DNA of 64,000 nt from Pseudomonadota bacterium (GCA_034722015.1 JAYENI010000157.1:11-64010), one strand, 5' to 3'; shown: positions 17,879-28,749, counted from the first letter of the stretch. The notes: generated by a model not told the origin, from the sequence alone. Numbers and translations are program-made.

Positions 17879-18439
17879 CTAGCGGTAGAACGATCGCAGG
17901 AGGATCAGGGCGATATTCAGCGCTATGATGACCAGCAGGGGTGAAAGATCGATCCCCCCAAGCGGAGGCATCACACGCTGGACCGGTCGCAAAAGGGGCG
18001 CCGTGAGACTCTGCAGTAGCGACGCGATCGGGTTGTTGTAGTACTGGGTGCCGGGAGAGATCCAGCTGAGGATCGCCTGGACGATGACCGCGACCAGGTA
18101 GATGTAGATCACCAGTTTTGCCAGCTCCAGTACCGCCAGGTAGGCCAGCGTGAAGACGTTTGCGTCCAGACCGGCCGTCCATACGATCAGCGAAAGTTCG
18201 ATCAGTTTCAACCCGTAAGCCAGTACGAGTGTGGCCGTATCGACGGACCCGAAACTGGGGATGACGCGCCGAAGGGGTACGAGCAACGGATTCGTGATGG
18301 TGACCAGGAACTGGGAGATCGGGTTATAGAAATCGGCCCGCGCCCAGGCGAGAAGAAACCTGATGACCACCGCCCCGATATACAGTGAAAACAGGGTCCT
18401 GATCAGAAAAGTCAGGATATCTCCGCCAACACTGTTCAT
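17879..18439 (-). CDS. yggT: YggT-family membrane protein
   Basis: Two YGGT repeats (FLLAWARADFYNPISQFL...). ATGA overlap with proC. Confidence 0.75.
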   Translation of the reverse strand: MNSVGGDILTFLIRTLFSLYIGAVVIRFLLAWARADFYNPISQFLVTITNPLLVPLRRVIPSFGSVDTATLVLAYGLKLIELSLIVWTAGLDANVFTLAYLAVLELAKLVIYIYLVAVIVQAILSWISPGTQYYNNPIASLLQSLTAPLLRPVQRVMPPLGGIDLSPLLVIIALNIALILLRSFYR

Positions 18440-19287
18440 GATTGATGTTCCTTGCCCAGTTCATCCTCGAGTTCGCGGACGCGGCGCGCGGCGGCACGGG
18501 CGGCGAAGCCGATTACCTTGCGTAACTCACCCCGCTCCAGCTGTTCGATCGCGCGTTCGGTCGTACCCCCGGGGGAGGTGACCCGACGGCGCAACGCGGC
18601 GGCATCCTCGCCGCTTTCCAGGGCGAGCTTCGCCGTGCCGAAAGCGGTCTGAAGTGTGAGCAGCCTGGAGACCTCTTCGTCGAGCCCCAATGATACCCCG
18701 GCGGCTTCCAGCGCCTCCATCACCATCAGGAAATAGGCGGGACCGCTTCCGGAGATCGCAGTAACGGCTTCCAGTTGCGATTCGTCCTCGAACCAGATGC
18801 ACAGACCCACGGCGCGGACGATGCATTCGGCGGTCTCTCTCTGTTCAACCCCGGCCGCCGGATTCGCGTACAGGCCGGTTGCCCCCGATTGCACCAGCGC
18901 CGGGGTGTTCGGCATACAGCGCACGATGGAAAAACCCCCGCCCAACCATCTGTCGAGATCCCGGCTTCGGATGCCCGCCGCTATGGAAACCACCAACGCG
19001 GAGCGCTCGGAGATGACGTCGGACAAATCAGTCGCAACCTGCCGGACGACCTGGGGTTTAACGGCGAGCACCACGACCTCGGCCCCGGCGGCCGCGCTGC
19101 GATTGTCGGCGAACTGGCGAGTTCCGGGAAAGTGTGCCTGGAGGAGTTCTCTCTGCGCGGTGTCGGGGTCAGCGATGCTGATCCTTTCATCGGGCCAGCC
19201 GTCCGCCAGGAGACCGCCGATGATGCTGCGCGCCATGTTGCCGCCGCCAACGAATGCAATGTGCGGGTATCGAGAATTGGTCGTCAT
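18436..19287 (-). CDS. proC: pyrroline-5-carboxylate reductase
   Basis: IAFVGGGNMARSIIGGL Rossmann motif plus the ProC C-terminal dimerisation domain. Trimmed to ATG 19287; the longer ORF runs into repeat copy 6. Confidence 0.85.
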   Translation of the reverse strand: MTTNSRYPHIAFVGGGNMARSIIGGLLADGWPDERISIADPDTAQRELLQAHFPGTRQFADNRSAAAGAEVVVLAVKPQVVRQVATDLSDVISERSALVVSIAAGIRSRDLDRWLGGGFSIVRCMPNTPALVQSGATGLYANPAAGVEQRETAECIVRAVGLCIWFEDESQLEAVTAISGSGPAYFLMVMEALEAAGVSLGLDEEVSRLLTLQTAFGTAKLALESGEDAAALRRRVTSPGGTTERAIEQLERGELRKVIGFAARAAARRVRELEDELGKEHQS

Positions 19288-19377
19288 CTGGGCATGTTGG
19301 ACTGCGCCACCGGATTGAGTTCGCGAAGGCGGCAATTCTACTTCGTATTGCGCACGGGCGACACATTCGATCTGGAA

Positions 19378-19540
19378 TAAGGCGATTTCTGTCAATTGAC
19401 ATACCATCTTGCTTGTCTTTTCGTCCGTCCTCTGTGTTACGACAATAGTTGCATCGTTCGACGATGCGCCTGTTGTCGCGCCTTGATGACGAACGAAAAG
19501 CCGGCGCGATCCGGTATGTCATTTTCCGGCAATCGCCTAA
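19378..19540 (+). repeat. MITE-like TIR element, copy 6
   Basis: TAAGGCGATTTCTGTCAATTGACATACC...GGTATGTCATTTTCCGGCAATCGCCTAA. Confidence 0.85.
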
Positions 19541-19599
19541 ACCATACCGGGAGGGAATCCGGACCTGCGCCCGGCATCGGCGACGGGGCCTTTTCTAAG

Positions 19600-20286
19600 C
19601 TATTTCGGGCGAGGGCCGAAGATGGCGGTCCCGACGCGAACGATTGTCGCCCCCTCGGCGATTGCCGCCTCGAGGTCGGCGGACATGCCCATCGACAGCG
19701 TGTCGAGTTCGAGGCCCGTTCCCCGCAGCGATTCCAGGGCCATGCGGACGGCGGCGAAGTTCGCTTGCCGGATTTGAGGCTCCGGGCTGCGCGGGGGGAT
19801 CGCCATCAAACCGCGCAGGCGTAGTCTGTCCATCCCGGCGATCTCGCCGGCCAGGGCAGGAAGGCCGGCGGCATCGACCCCCGACTTGGTCGGCTCCGAA
19901 GCGAGATTGACCTGTATGCAGACATTGAGCGGCGGCGCGCCGGCGGAACGATGCATGTTCAGGCGCCGGGCGATCTTCAACCTGTCCACACTGTGCACCC
20001 AGTCGAACCTCCCGGCGATCTCGCGTGTCTTGTTGGACTGGATCGGACCGATAAAATGCCAGACGATGCCGGTGTCGGCCAGGAGATCCATCTTGCCGGC
20101 GGCGTCCTGCAGGTAGTTCTCGCCGAAGTGCCTCAGTCCCGCCCTGGTCGCCGCCCGTATCTCCTCCGCGTGACGGGCCTTGCTGGCGGCCAGAAGCAAC
20201 ACGCTGTCCGGTGGCCTCCCGTACCGCGTCTCGGCATCGTGGATTCGCAGTCTGACGCGTTCGATATTTGCGGAGATGGATGTCAT
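19600..20286 (-). CDS. yggS: YggS-family pyridoxal-phosphate homeostasis protein
   Basis: Alanine-racemase N-domain fold; LLAASKARHAEEI contains the PLP-binding Lys. Confidence 0.8.
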   Translation of the reverse strand: MTSISANIERVRLRIHDAETRYGRPPDSVLLLAASKARHAEEIRAATRAGLRHFGENYLQDAAGKMDLLADTGIVWHFIGPIQSNKTREIAGRFDWVHSVDRLKIARRLNMHRSAGAPPLNVCIQVNLASEPTKSGVDAAGLPALAGEIAGMDRLRLRGLMAIPPRSPEPQIRQANFAAVRMALESLRGTGLELDTLSMGMSADLEAAIAEGATIVRVGTAIFGPRPK

Positions 20287-20472
20287 GTCCACGGGCTCGT
20301 TCAAACACGGATGGCGACGCGGCGTCGCGTCCCGCCAAATCACAAAAACAATACTATCCTTTATTGAGCAGTCAGGGCGTGAATGCCGGAGGTCCCCGCC
20401 GGGGAGACGGTCCCGGCGCCGCGCGCATGCCTGAATAGATCCCAGGACCATCGCATCCCGAACGACGAGACT

Positions 20473-21507
20473 ATGGACATAACCCAACTACTCGCCTTCT
20501 CCGTCAAGAACAATGCATCGGACCTCCATATCTCGGCCGGTGTGCCGCCGATGATTCGCGTGGACGGGGATGTACGCCGGATCAACGTGCCGGCCATGGA
20601 GCACAAGGAAGTGCACGACATGGTCTATGACATCATGAACGACAAGCAACGCAGGGACTACGAGGAATATCTGGAAACGGACTTCTCGTTCGAGATCCCC
20701 GGGCTGGCGCGATTCAGGGTCAATGCATTTAATCAGAACCGTGGTGCGGGGGTCGTCTTTCGCACCATCCCCACGAAGATCCTGACCCTGGAGGACCTCA
20801 ACTGCCCGAAGATATTCGAGGACATTTCCTCCTACCCCCGAGGTATCGTGCTCGTGACCGGCCCGACGGGTTCGGGAAAGTCCACCACGCTCGCCGCGAT
20901 GATCGACTACAAGAACGACAGCGAATACGGGCATATCCTGACCATCGAGGACCCGATCGAGTTCGTGCACGAAAGCAAGAAATGCCTCGTCAACCAGCGA
21001 GAGGTGCATCGTGACACCCATGGTTTCAACGAGTCGCTCCGGTCCGCCCTGCGCGAGGACCCCGACACGATCCTGGTCGGCGAGCTGCGCGACCTGGAAA
21101 CCATCCGCCTGGCGCTGACCGCGGCCGAAACGGGACACCTGGTCTTCGGTACCCTGCACACCAGTTCAGCGGCAAAGACCATTGACCGCGTGGTCGACGT
21201 ATTTCCCGCGGCCGAGAAATCCATGGTTCGCTCGATGCTTTCCGAGTCGCTGAAAGCCGTCATTTCCCAGACCCTGTGCAAGCGGGTCGGTGGTGGACGG
21301 GTCGCGGCGCACGAGATCATGATCGGTACCCCCGCGATCAGGAACCTGATCCGCGAGGACAAGGTGGCGCAGATGTATTCCGCGATCCAGACCGGGCAGG
21401 CCACCGGGATGCAGACGCTGGACCAGAACCTGAAGGAGCTGATATCCCGTGGCCTGATCAGCCGGGAAGAGGCGCGCCGCAAGGCGGCGCACAAGGAAAC
21501 CTTCTGA
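20473..21507 (+). CDS. pilT: twitching motility ATPase PilT
   Basis: Walker A GPTGSGKST, Asp box, His box, and a PilT-specific C-terminal AIRNLIRE motif. Confidence 0.9.
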   Translation: MDITQLLAFSVKNNASDLHISAGVPPMIRVDGDVRRINVPAMEHKEVHDMVYDIMNDKQRRDYEEYLETDFSFEIPGLARFRVNAFNQNRGAGVVFRTIPTKILTLEDLNCPKIFEDISSYPRGIVLVTGPTGSGKSTTLAAMIDYKNDSEYGHILTIEDPIEFVHESKKCLVNQREVHRDTHGFNESLRSALREDPDTILVGELRDLETIRLALTAAETGHLVFGTLHTSSAAKTIDRVVDVFPAAEKSMVRSMLSESLKAVISQTLCKRVGGGRVAAHEIMIGTPAIRNLIREDKVAQMYSAIQTGQATGMQTLDQNLKELISRGLISREEARRKAAHKETF

Positions 21508-21560
21508 GCGGCACCGGACCCCGTGCCCATCGAATTTGCGTGCAAGCGAGGTAACGAGAT

Positions 21561-22727
21561 ATGGATCGAGACAAGGCAATAGGTTTCATGCACGATCTTC
21601 TCAAGACGCTGATCGGCAGGAACGGTTCGGATATGTTCATCACCGTCGGTGCGCCGCCTTCCATCAAGGTCGATGGAAAGATGACGCCGATTACCAACCA
21701 GGCACTCACGCCGACCCATACCCAGGTCCTGGTGCGCGCGATCATGAACGACAAGCAGGCGCGTGAATTCGACGAGAAGCAGGAGTGTAATTTCGCCATC
21801 AACATGCCCGGCGTCTCGCGCTTCCGCGTCAGTGCGCTCACCCAGCAGGGAAACGCGGGTATGGTGATTCGTGTGATCACCAGCGAGATTCCCGAGTTCG
21901 AGGATCTCAGCCTGCCGAAGATCCTGCGCGACATCGCCATGACCGGGCGTGGCCTGGTGATCTTCGTCGGCGGCACGGGTTCCGGCAAGTCCACTTCCCT
22001 GGCCGCGATGATCGGGTACCGCAACGAGCACAGCTACGGCCACATCATCACCATCGAGGACCCGGTGGAGTATGTGCATCCGCACCGGAACTGCCTGATC
22101 ACCCAGCGGGAGGTTGGCGTCGATACGGAAAGCTACGAGATCGCGCTCAAGAACACCCTGCGACAGGCCCCCGACGTCATTCTGATCGGGGAGATCCGGG
22201 ATCGTGAGACCATGGAGCACGCCGTGGCCTTCGCCGAGACGGGCCACCTCTGCCTTTCCACCCTGCATGCGAACAGCACCAACCAGGCGCTGGACCGGAT
22301 CATCAATTTCTTTCCCGAGGAGCGACGCTCGCAGCTGCTGATGGACCTGTCGCTGAATCTCAAGGCGGTCATCTCGCAGCGCCTGCTTCCGAAGGCCGGC
22401 AGCGAGGGGCGGGTCCCCGCCGTGGAGGTCATGATCAACACGCCGCTGATGTCGGACCTGATCTTCAAGGGCGAAGTGCACGAGATGAAGAGCCTGATCA
22501 AGAAATCCACCGAGCAGGGCATGCAGACCTTCGACCAGCACCTGTTCCAGCTGCTGGAAGAGGGCAAGATCACCTACGAAGACGCCTTGCGCAATGCGGA
22601 CTCGGTCAACGACCTGCGGTTGCGCATCAAGCTCGAGGGGACGTTGTCCAGGCAGGCGGCGCCGGGTGACGCGGCGCTTGGCGGGCTGGAGATGGAGGCC
22701 AAGGCGGAGGAGTCAGGTTTGATCTAG
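21561..22727 (+). CDS. pilU: twitching motility ATPase PilU
   Basis: PilT-family ATPase immediately downstream of pilT. Walker A GGTGSGKST. Has the longer C-terminus typical of PilU. Confidence 0.85.
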   Translation: MDRDKAIGFMHDLLKTLIGRNGSDMFITVGAPPSIKVDGKMTPITNQALTPTHTQVLVRAIMNDKQAREFDEKQECNFAINMPGVSRFRVSALTQQGNAGMVIRVITSEIPEFEDLSLPKILRDIAMTGRGLVIFVGGTGSGKSTSLAAMIGYRNEHSYGHIITIEDPVEYVHPHRNCLITQREVGVDTESYEIALKNTLRQAPDVILIGEIRDRETMEHAVAFAETGHLCLSTLHANSTNQALDRIINFFPEERRSQLLMDLSLNLKAVISQRLLPKAGSEGRVPAVEVMINTPLMSDLIFKGEVHEMKSLIKKSTEQGMQTFDQHLFQLLEEGKITYEDALRNADSVNDLRLRIKLEGTLSRQAAPGDAALGGLEMEAKAEESGLI

Positions 22728-22928
22728 CGGATTTCAATGGTCTGCCGGATGCGCCCGTCTGTCGGCCCGCGGCAGTGGGCATCAGTGAACTTGGGGCTAA
22801 ACCACATACGACCGCAGGTTTGTACCGGAATGCGCACAAGATTGTTGCCGAGGCAGTCACGCGTTACCCGGCGAACTGCCACAAGGGGTGGCGCGAGATG
22901 ACAGGGGCCAGTCCCATTGCGAAGTATC

Positions 22929-23092
22929 TAAGGCGATTACCGGAAAATGACATATCAGATTGCGCCGGATTTTCGTTCGTCATCAAGGCGCGACAACAGG
23001 CACATCGTCGAACGATGGAACGGTTGTCGCAACACAGGAGACGGACGAAAAGACAAACAGGATGGTATGTCAATTGACAGAAATCGCCTAAG
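22929..23092 (-). repeat. MITE-like TIR element, copy 7 (between pilU and the third pilT paralogue)
   Basis: TAAGGCGATTACCGGAAAATGACATATC...GGTATGTCAATTGACAGAAATCGCCTAA. Ends 12 nt before the pilT-paralogue ATG, and the terminal TAAGGA is positioned like an SD. Confidence 0.85.
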
Positions 23093-23104
23093 GAACCCAG
23101 TGCC

Positions 23105-24406
23105 ATGAATATTGCTCCCTATCTCAAACTGATGTCGGACAAGAATGCTTCCGACCTGTTCTTCACGACCGGGGCCCCGGCAAGCGTCAAGCTGGAGGGG
23201 GAGATGCGCCCGGTCAGCCGGAGTGCGCTGGATCCCGGCGTGACGCGGGAGATCGCCTACAGTCTGATGGACGAGGCGCAGATCCACGAGTTCGAGAACA
23301 CCAAGGAGATGAACCTGGGTCTCAGCATCGCCGGAGTGGGCCGATTTCGCGTCAACATTTACCGCCAGCGAGGAGAGGTGTCGCTCGTCATCCGGTTTAT
23401 CAAGTCAATCATCCCCTCGCTGGAGGATCTCTCCCTGCCGCCGGTGCTCAAGGACCTCGTGGGGCACAAGAACGGGTTGATCATCGTGGTTGGTTCGACC
23501 GGCTCCGGCAAGTCCACGACGCTGGCGTCCATGCTCGATTTTCGAAACGCCAACCAGGCGGGCCACATACTGACGATCGAGGACCCGATCGAATATGTGT
23601 TCGCACACAAGAAATCGATCATCGGACAGCGCGAAGTCGGTCTGGACACCCTCTCGTACGACAACGCGCTGCGCGAGGCCATGCGAGAGGCACCGGACCT
23701 GATCATGATCGGGGAGGTGCGTGATCGCAAGACCATGGAGGCGGCAATTTCCTACGCCGACACGGGCCACCTCTGCATGACGACGCTGCACGCCGTCAAC
23801 GCCAATCAGGCGCTCGACAGGGTCATCAACCTGTTTCCGTCGGACGCCAGGCAGCAGATCCTCATGGACCTGTCGCTGAATCTTCGCGGCATCGTCTCAC
23901 AGCGTCTCGTCGTGGGGATGGACGGCAAGCGGGTCCCGGCCGTAGAGGTGCTGGTCAACACCCCCTACAGCTCCGAGCTCATCAAGAAGGGAGAGATAGG
24001 GGCATTGAAAGAGATCATGGAAAAGGGCTCGGTCAACGGCATGCAGACATTCGACCAGTCGCTGCTCGAGCTTTACCAGATGAAACGCATCAATCTCCAG
24101 GCGGCGCTGGGCAATGCGGACTCCAGGGGGGATCTCGAATGGCGTATCAATTTCGGGGGGGGCAAGGACAGCTTCGAGGATTCGGTCGAATCGCTCCAGT
24201 TTCCGGACGACGTCGTCGAGCAGTCGGGCAAGGCGTCGGGTGATGTCGACCCGCACGCGGCGATGGAAAGTGAGGACGATGTGCCCGACCAGGCCATGGA
24301 CACCCTCTCGATGATGCGAAACGCCTTCGGCGAGGAAGATGAAGATGAAGACGAAGACGACGCATCCGAGGAGGGAGACGAAGACAACCTGAATGTCAGA
24401 TCCTGA
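23105..24406 (+). CDS. third PilT/PilU-family retraction ATPase paralogue with acidic C-terminal tail
   Basis: Walker A GSTGSGKST, His box and PilT N-domain are present. Unique ~90-aa C-terminal extension ending EEDEDEDEDDASEEGDEDNLNVRS. Confidence 0.8.
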   Translation: MNIAPYLKLMSDKNASDLFFTTGAPASVKLEGEMRPVSRSALDPGVTREIAYSLMDEAQIHEFENTKEMNLGLSIAGVGRFRVNIYRQRGEVSLVIRFIKSIIPSLEDLSLPPVLKDLVGHKNGLIIVVGSTGSGKSTTLASMLDFRNANQAGHILTIEDPIEYVFAHKKSIIGQREVGLDTLSYDNALREAMREAPDLIMIGEVRDRKTMEAAISYADTGHLCMTTLHAVNANQALDRVINLFPSDARQQILMDLSLNLRGIVSQRLVVGMDGKRVPAVEVLVNTPYSSELIKKGEIGALKEIMEKGSVNGMQTFDQSLLELYQMKRINLQAALGNADSRGDLEWRINFGGGKDSFEDSVESLQFPDDVVEQSGKASGDVDPHAAMESEDDVPDQAMDTLSMMRNAFGEEDEDEDEDDASEEGDEDNLNVRS

Positions 24407-24552
24407 TGTGTCCGGACGGGTGCGGGCAGGCGGTGGCTGCAGGGATGCGTCCCGTCAACCGATTTGCGGTCTGCTCCTGTTCGGAATAAACCTCGGGGCC
24501 GTAGAGATCGTTACGCGGTGCGGCTTCCGCAATGCCCTGTCCCGCGCACGGT

Positions 24553-25422
24553 TCAGGCGGGGAAAACGGTCTCGGCATCAAACACCGGACCGTCCACGCA
24601 CACACGCTTCATGGCGGTACCATCGGCGGTTTCGACCTTTACCACGCAACCGGCACAACCTCCCACCGCACAAGCCATGAACTCCTCGAGTGAGACCTGA
24701 CACGGAATATCGTGTCGGCGACACAGTCCGGCGACCGCTTCCAGCATGGCGTGAGGTCCGCAGGCGTAAACGACGAGGTCCCCGGAGTGGCCCCTGACGC
24801 GAATCCAGCGATCCGCGAGATCGGTGACGTAGCCATCGTGACAGCCGGGATAGCCCTGAAGGCTCGCCAGCCTCGAGGGGATGCCCATTTCCTCGAGCAC
24901 CGGTAACGCGGCGATGACCCCGTCGGGAATTCCCGGCGTGACTATGCGCGACGGGACGGGCGAAAAGGGGAAGGGCACTTCCGAACCCATCAGGACGAGC
25001 AGTTTTCCCGGCGTCTTGTTACGCAGGCTCTCCGCCTGAAAGATCATGGGAGGGATGCCCACGCCCCCGCCGATCATCAGGGCGCCCGTTTTGCCGGGAA
25101 TGGCCGTAAATCCCCTGCCGATCGGACCCAGGCAACTGAGTCCATCCCCCTCCCGCCGCTTCGACAACAACGCCGTACCGCGACCGACGACCTTGTACAA
25201 CACCTCGATCCAGCCATCACCCGGTGACGAACGCATGATCGAGAACGGACGCCGCATGGGAAGCGACGGGTCGCAACGCAGGTGGACAAAGCTTCCAGGT
25301 CGGGCGGCGGTGGCGCAGCGTGGTGCCTGCAGACGCAGGATATACTGGTCGCCCGGACACGCGAAATGTTTCTGGACACGCCCTTCCTCAAGGAAGATCG
25401 TACCCCGATTTGCGCCGGTCAC
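24553..25422 (-). CDS. PyrK-like FAD/NAD(P)-binding oxidoreductase with C-terminal [2Fe-2S] motif
   Basis: RRPFS FAD-binding motif and CAVGGCAGCVVKV...CVDGP cysteine cluster. GTG at 25422 gives a GTGA overlap with pyrC'. Longer ATG alternative at 25494. Confidence 0.6.
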   Translation of the reverse strand: MTGANRGTIFLEEGRVQKHFACPGDQYILRLQAPRCATAARPGSFVHLRCDPSLPMRRPFSIMRSSPGDGWIEVLYKVVGRGTALLSKRREGDGLSCLGPIGRGFTAIPGKTGALMIGGGVGIPPMIFQAESLRNKTPGKLLVLMGSEVPFPFSPVPSRIVTPGIPDGVIAALPVLEEMGIPSRLASLQGYPGCHDGYVTDLADRWIRVRGHSGDLVVYACGPHAMLEAVAGLCRRHDIPCQVSLEEFMACAVGGCAGCVVKVETADGTAMKRVCVDGPVFDAETVFPA

Positions 25423-26705
25423 GAATCGGTCCCGAACTGGTGAACGATCCTGCCATTCAGAAAGGTGTGGGTTACCCGCCCGGTGAATTCCCAACCCGCA
25501 AACGGAGAATTTTTTCCGCGGCTGAGCATTCTGCCGGGATCGAGGTCCCAGGCCGCGTCCGGGTCGATAATCGCAATGTCGGCGGGTTTTCCTTCAGCCA
25601 GCGAGCCGCCGTCGATGTCGATGACCGAGGCAGGACCGCAGGTGATCAGCGAGATTGCCTCGCTCAGGTCGAGCAGGCCGTCGTGAACCAGTCGCAGCAT
25701 CAGCGCCAGCAACGTTTCCACTCCCGAGACGCCGGGTTCGGTTTGTGCAAACGGTGCGCGTTTGGCGTCGGGTTCGTGGGGTTGATGGTCAGAACAGACT
25801 GCGGTGATGGATCCGTCCAGGAGACCCGCGCGCAGGCCCTCCAGGTCGCGACGCGTTCGCAGGGGAGGGATCGTGTGACAGTTACTGTTGAAGTCGGTGA
25901 CATCCATCTCCGTCAGAAAGAGCTGGTGGGCACAGACATCGGCAGTGATCGGAAACCCGTCGTACCGCGCTCGCGCCACCATGCGCACTGCGCGGGCCGT
26001 GGACAAACGGCAGACATGGACACTCGCCCCGGTCTGTTCGATCAGGGCGAGCATCTGTCCAAGCGCCGCGGTTTCCGCGGCCTCCGGGATCCCGGACAGT
26101 CCCATCCGGGTCGCCACGGCGCCCTCGTGCGCGCAGCCCCGGTCCATCAGGTCGAAGTCCAGCGGGTGAAGGAACACCTTGTGTCCTGCGCTTGCCGCAT
26201 ACTCCATTGCGCGCCTCAGGACGAGTGGGCTGACAATCGGGTTCAGGGTCTGGCTCACGCCGACGCAACCGGCGGCTTTCAGGGCCGCCATTTCGCTTGG
26301 CACCCGTCCCTCCAGTCCCTTTGTCAGGGCTCCCAGCGAGTAGACGTGGCAATAGCCCGCCTCGGTGGCTCGTTGTTGAATGAGCTCGACCGCGGCAGGC
26401 GAATCGATCACCGGTTTGGTGTCAGGCGGACAGGTCAGACTGGTGATTCCCCCCGCTGCCGCGGCACGGGTCTCCGATTCGATGGTCGCCTTGTGTTCCT
26501 GACCGGGTTCGCGCAACCTCGCGGCCAGATCCACGAGTCCCGGAATCACCCACTTTCCAGCGGCCTCGATGGTGCGTCTGGCGGCGAATCCGGCGGGTGG
26601 AGCGCCCACCCCCGCGATCCTGTCATGTTCCACATACAGGCTCGTTACCCTGTCGAGTCCGGCAGCGGGGTCCACGACCCTTGCGTTGACGATTCGAAGG
26701 TTCAT
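25419..26705 (-). CDS. pyrC': dihydroorotase-like protein PyrC' (non-catalytic ATCase subunit)
   Basis: DHOase fold, but the first metal-binding HxH is replaced ([15 protein letters not shown]). ATGA overlap with pyrB. Confidence 0.75.
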   Translation of the reverse strand: MNLRIVNARVVDPAAGLDRVTSLYVEHDRIAGVGAPPAGFAARRTIEAAGKWVIPGLVDLAARLREPGQEHKATIESETRAAAAGGITSLTCPPDTKPVIDSPAAVELIQQRATEAGYCHVYSLGALTKGLEGRVPSEMAALKAAGCVGVSQTLNPIVSPLVLRRAMEYAASAGHKVFLHPLDFDLMDRGCAHEGAVATRMGLSGIPEAAETAALGQMLALIEQTGASVHVCRLSTARAVRMVARARYDGFPITADVCAHQLFLTEMDVTDFNSNCHTIPPLRTRRDLEGLRAGLLDGSITAVCSDHQPHEPDAKRAPFAQTEPGVSGVETLLALMLRLVHDGLLDLSEAISLITCGPASVIDIDGGSLAEGKPADIAIIDPDAAWDLDPGRMLSRGKNSPFAGWEFTGRVTHTFLNGRIVHQFGTDS

Positions 26706-27715
26706 CGTTCACCTGTGGCCGTCGAGGCGATGGCCATCGACATCACCGCCATCCTGACTGCAATGCCAAATGTCACCTGCTGCAGGATAACGGAACGTTC
26801 CCCGTCGGCGACTTCGGAGTCCATTTCCACACCGCGATTTATCGGCCCCGGATGCATGACGATGGCGTCGGGTGCTGTGACCTCGAGACGGCGGGGTGTC
26901 AGGCCGTAGCGCTGAAAATACTCATGCTCGCTTGGCAGGAACGCGCCGTGCATGCGTTCGTTCTGCAGCCGCAGCACGATGACGACATCCACGTCCCTGA
27001 GGCCCGGACCAATGTCGGAAAAGACATGCACGCCCAGTGTTTCCACCTGGGCCGGCAGCAGGGTCCGGGGGGCGATGACACGAATTTCGGCGGCACCCAG
27101 GGTGTTCAACGCGAGTATCTGGGAACGTGCGACGCGCGAATGCAGGATATCGCCGACGATTGCCACCCGCAGGTCCTTGAATTCCCCCTTGTGACGGCGA
27201 ATCGTGAACATGTCCAGCATGGCCTGCGTGGGGTGCGCGTGGCGGCCGTCACCGGCGTTGATGACCCGTACGTGCGGGGCGACATGCCCGGCGATGAAAT
27301 GTGCCGCCCCGCTGTCCGTATGGCGGACCACGAACATGTCCGTGTGCATCGCCTCGAGGTTGCGCAGCGTATCGAGGAGACTCTCGCCCTTGACCGTCGC
27401 GGTGGCGCTGATGTTGAGGTTGAGAACGTCCGCCGACAATCGCTTGGCCGCAAGCTCGAAAGTCGTTCGGGTCCGGGTGCTGGCTTCGAAGAAAAGGTTG
27501 ACGATTGTCTTGCCGCGAAGTAGCGGGACCTTCTTGACCGCCTGTCCCTCTACGCCGGCGAATGACTCCGCCGTGTCGAGGATGCTGGTTAGCAGGGTCC
27601 GTGGAAGACCGTCGATGGTGAGAAAATGGCGCAGCCGCCCGTCGTCGGTCAGCTGTCTCGTTGCCGGCAACGGCCTGGGATCCGCAGTGCGCGCGCCGGT
27701 TCTGCCGGAAATCAT
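26702..27715 (-). CDS. pyrB: aspartate carbamoyltransferase catalytic subunit
   Basis: STRTR carbamoyl-phosphate motif, HPxQ, and aspartate-binding domain. Confidence 0.9.
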   Translation of the reverse strand: MISGRTGARTADPRPLPATRQLTDDGRLRHFLTIDGLPRTLLTSILDTAESFAGVEGQAVKKVPLLRGKTIVNLFFEASTRTRTTFELAAKRLSADVLNLNISATATVKGESLLDTLRNLEAMHTDMFVVRHTDSGAAHFIAGHVAPHVRVINAGDGRHAHPTQAMLDMFTIRRHKGEFKDLRVAIVGDILHSRVARSQILALNTLGAAEIRVIAPRTLLPAQVETLGVHVFSDIGPGLRDVDVVIVLRLQNERMHGAFLPSEHEYFQRYGLTPRRLEVTAPDAIVMHPGPINRGVEMDSEVADGERSVILQQVTFGIAVRMAVMSMAIASTATGER

Positions 27716-27718
27716 CGT

Positions 27719-28240
27719 CTATCCCGTCGAAGCGTCGTTATCGTCCACGTCTACCACGGCCAGTGCCAGGGGATCGGGACCCGAGAGCTTTATCTGCTGG
27801 TGGGGCCCAAGGTGCAGTTTGCGACCGACGATTTCAGGCTGTATCGGCAGCTCCCGCCCCTCGCGGTCGATCAGCGTGACGAGCAAGACGCTCGCAGGCC
27901 GGCCGTAATCAAATATCTCGTTCAGGGCGGCGCGAATGGTGCGCCCGGTGTACAGCACGTCGTCCACCAGTACGATATGCCGCCCCTCAACACTCAGTGG
28001 CAATTTCGACGGCCGCACCCTGGGGTTGAGGCCGAGTTGGCTGAAGTCGTCGCGGTAGAAGGAGATGTCGAGCAGTCCCAGTGGGTCCGTCAGCCCGAGT
28101 GCGTCGTGGAGGCGTTCCGCGACCCAGGCGCCACCGGTGTGAATGCCGATCATGAGCACGTTTTCGCGGCCCTCGTTCCCTAGATGGGTGCGCAAGTCCG
28201 TCTGCATTCGCTCGAGGAGCTCGTCGACGTTTTCGTTCAT
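27719..28240 (-). CDS. pyrR: bifunctional pyrimidine operon regulator / uracil phosphoribosyltransferase PyrR
   Basis: PRTase motif [22 protein letters not shown] at 28240 with an ATGA overlap with ruvX. Confidence 0.85.
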   Translation of the reverse strand: MNENVDELLERMQTDLRTHLGNEGRENVLMIGIHTGGAWVAERLHDALGLTDPLGLLDISFYRDDFSQLGLNPRVRPSKLPLSVEGRHIVLVDDVLYTGRTIRAALNEIFDYGRPASVLLVTLIDREGRELPIQPEIVGRKLHLGPHQQIKLSGPDPLALAVVDVDDNDASTG

Positions 28241-28695
28241 TGCGGCGATTCCGGGTCCGGGTTCGGTTCGGTGTTCATCCATGTCTCCAGCAACAGGGCG
28301 GCAGCGATCTTGTCGATATCGCCCCGACGGATTGCCCGGTGATTTCCCGCTCGACGACGAATCCGGAGCTGGTGATAGGCCTCGTCGGAGCTGAGGGTCT
28401 CGTCGACGGTAAATACCGGGAGTCCATAGCGTTTCCCGAGTCCTCGCCGGAATCTGCCGATTTCGGCGAGGATCGCGTTGTTGGCGCCCCGTAGTTGCGC
28501 TTCACCCCGGGGTTCGCCGACGACCAGTGCGTCCGGAGACCATTCCAGGATGGTCTTTTCGATGGCCTTCCAGTCCGGTGCTCCCCCGACGCTAGTGATC
28601 GTCCTGAGCGGTGTCACGGTTCCGGTCGACCGGTTTCCCACGGCCAGACCGGTTCGCCTCTTACCGTAATCAAATCCCAGGACGACCCGGATCAT
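28237..28695 (-). CDS. ruvX: YqgF/RuvX putative pre-16S rRNA nuclease (Holliday junction resolvase-like)
   Basis: [15 protein letters not shown] RNase H-like motif. The ORF-track start at 28701 is TTG, so ATG 28695 was used. Confidence 0.8.
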   Translation of the reverse strand: MIRVVLGFDYGKRRTGLAVGNRSTGTVTPLRTITSVGGAPDWKAIEKTILEWSPDALVVGEPRGEAQLRGANNAILAEIGRFRRGLGKRYGLPVFTVDETLSSDEAYHQLRIRRRAGNHRAIRRGDIDKIAAALLLETWMNTEPNPDPESPQ

Positions 28696-28749
28696 CGGCA
28701 ATCGGTGTGATGCTGGGCAGGGACCACGCTGGTTCGGGCCGGCGGGTAG

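Noticed and set aside
18436-19407. Longer annotated starts for proC (19407), yggS (20487), pilT (20383), algH (29595), bioD (58671), the lpd-like gene (15585) and hspQ (15484)
   Set aside because: The N-terminal extensions are non-conserved. They run into repeats or divergent promoter regions. Internal ATGs give lengths matching the known families and, in several cases, have SD-like sequences.
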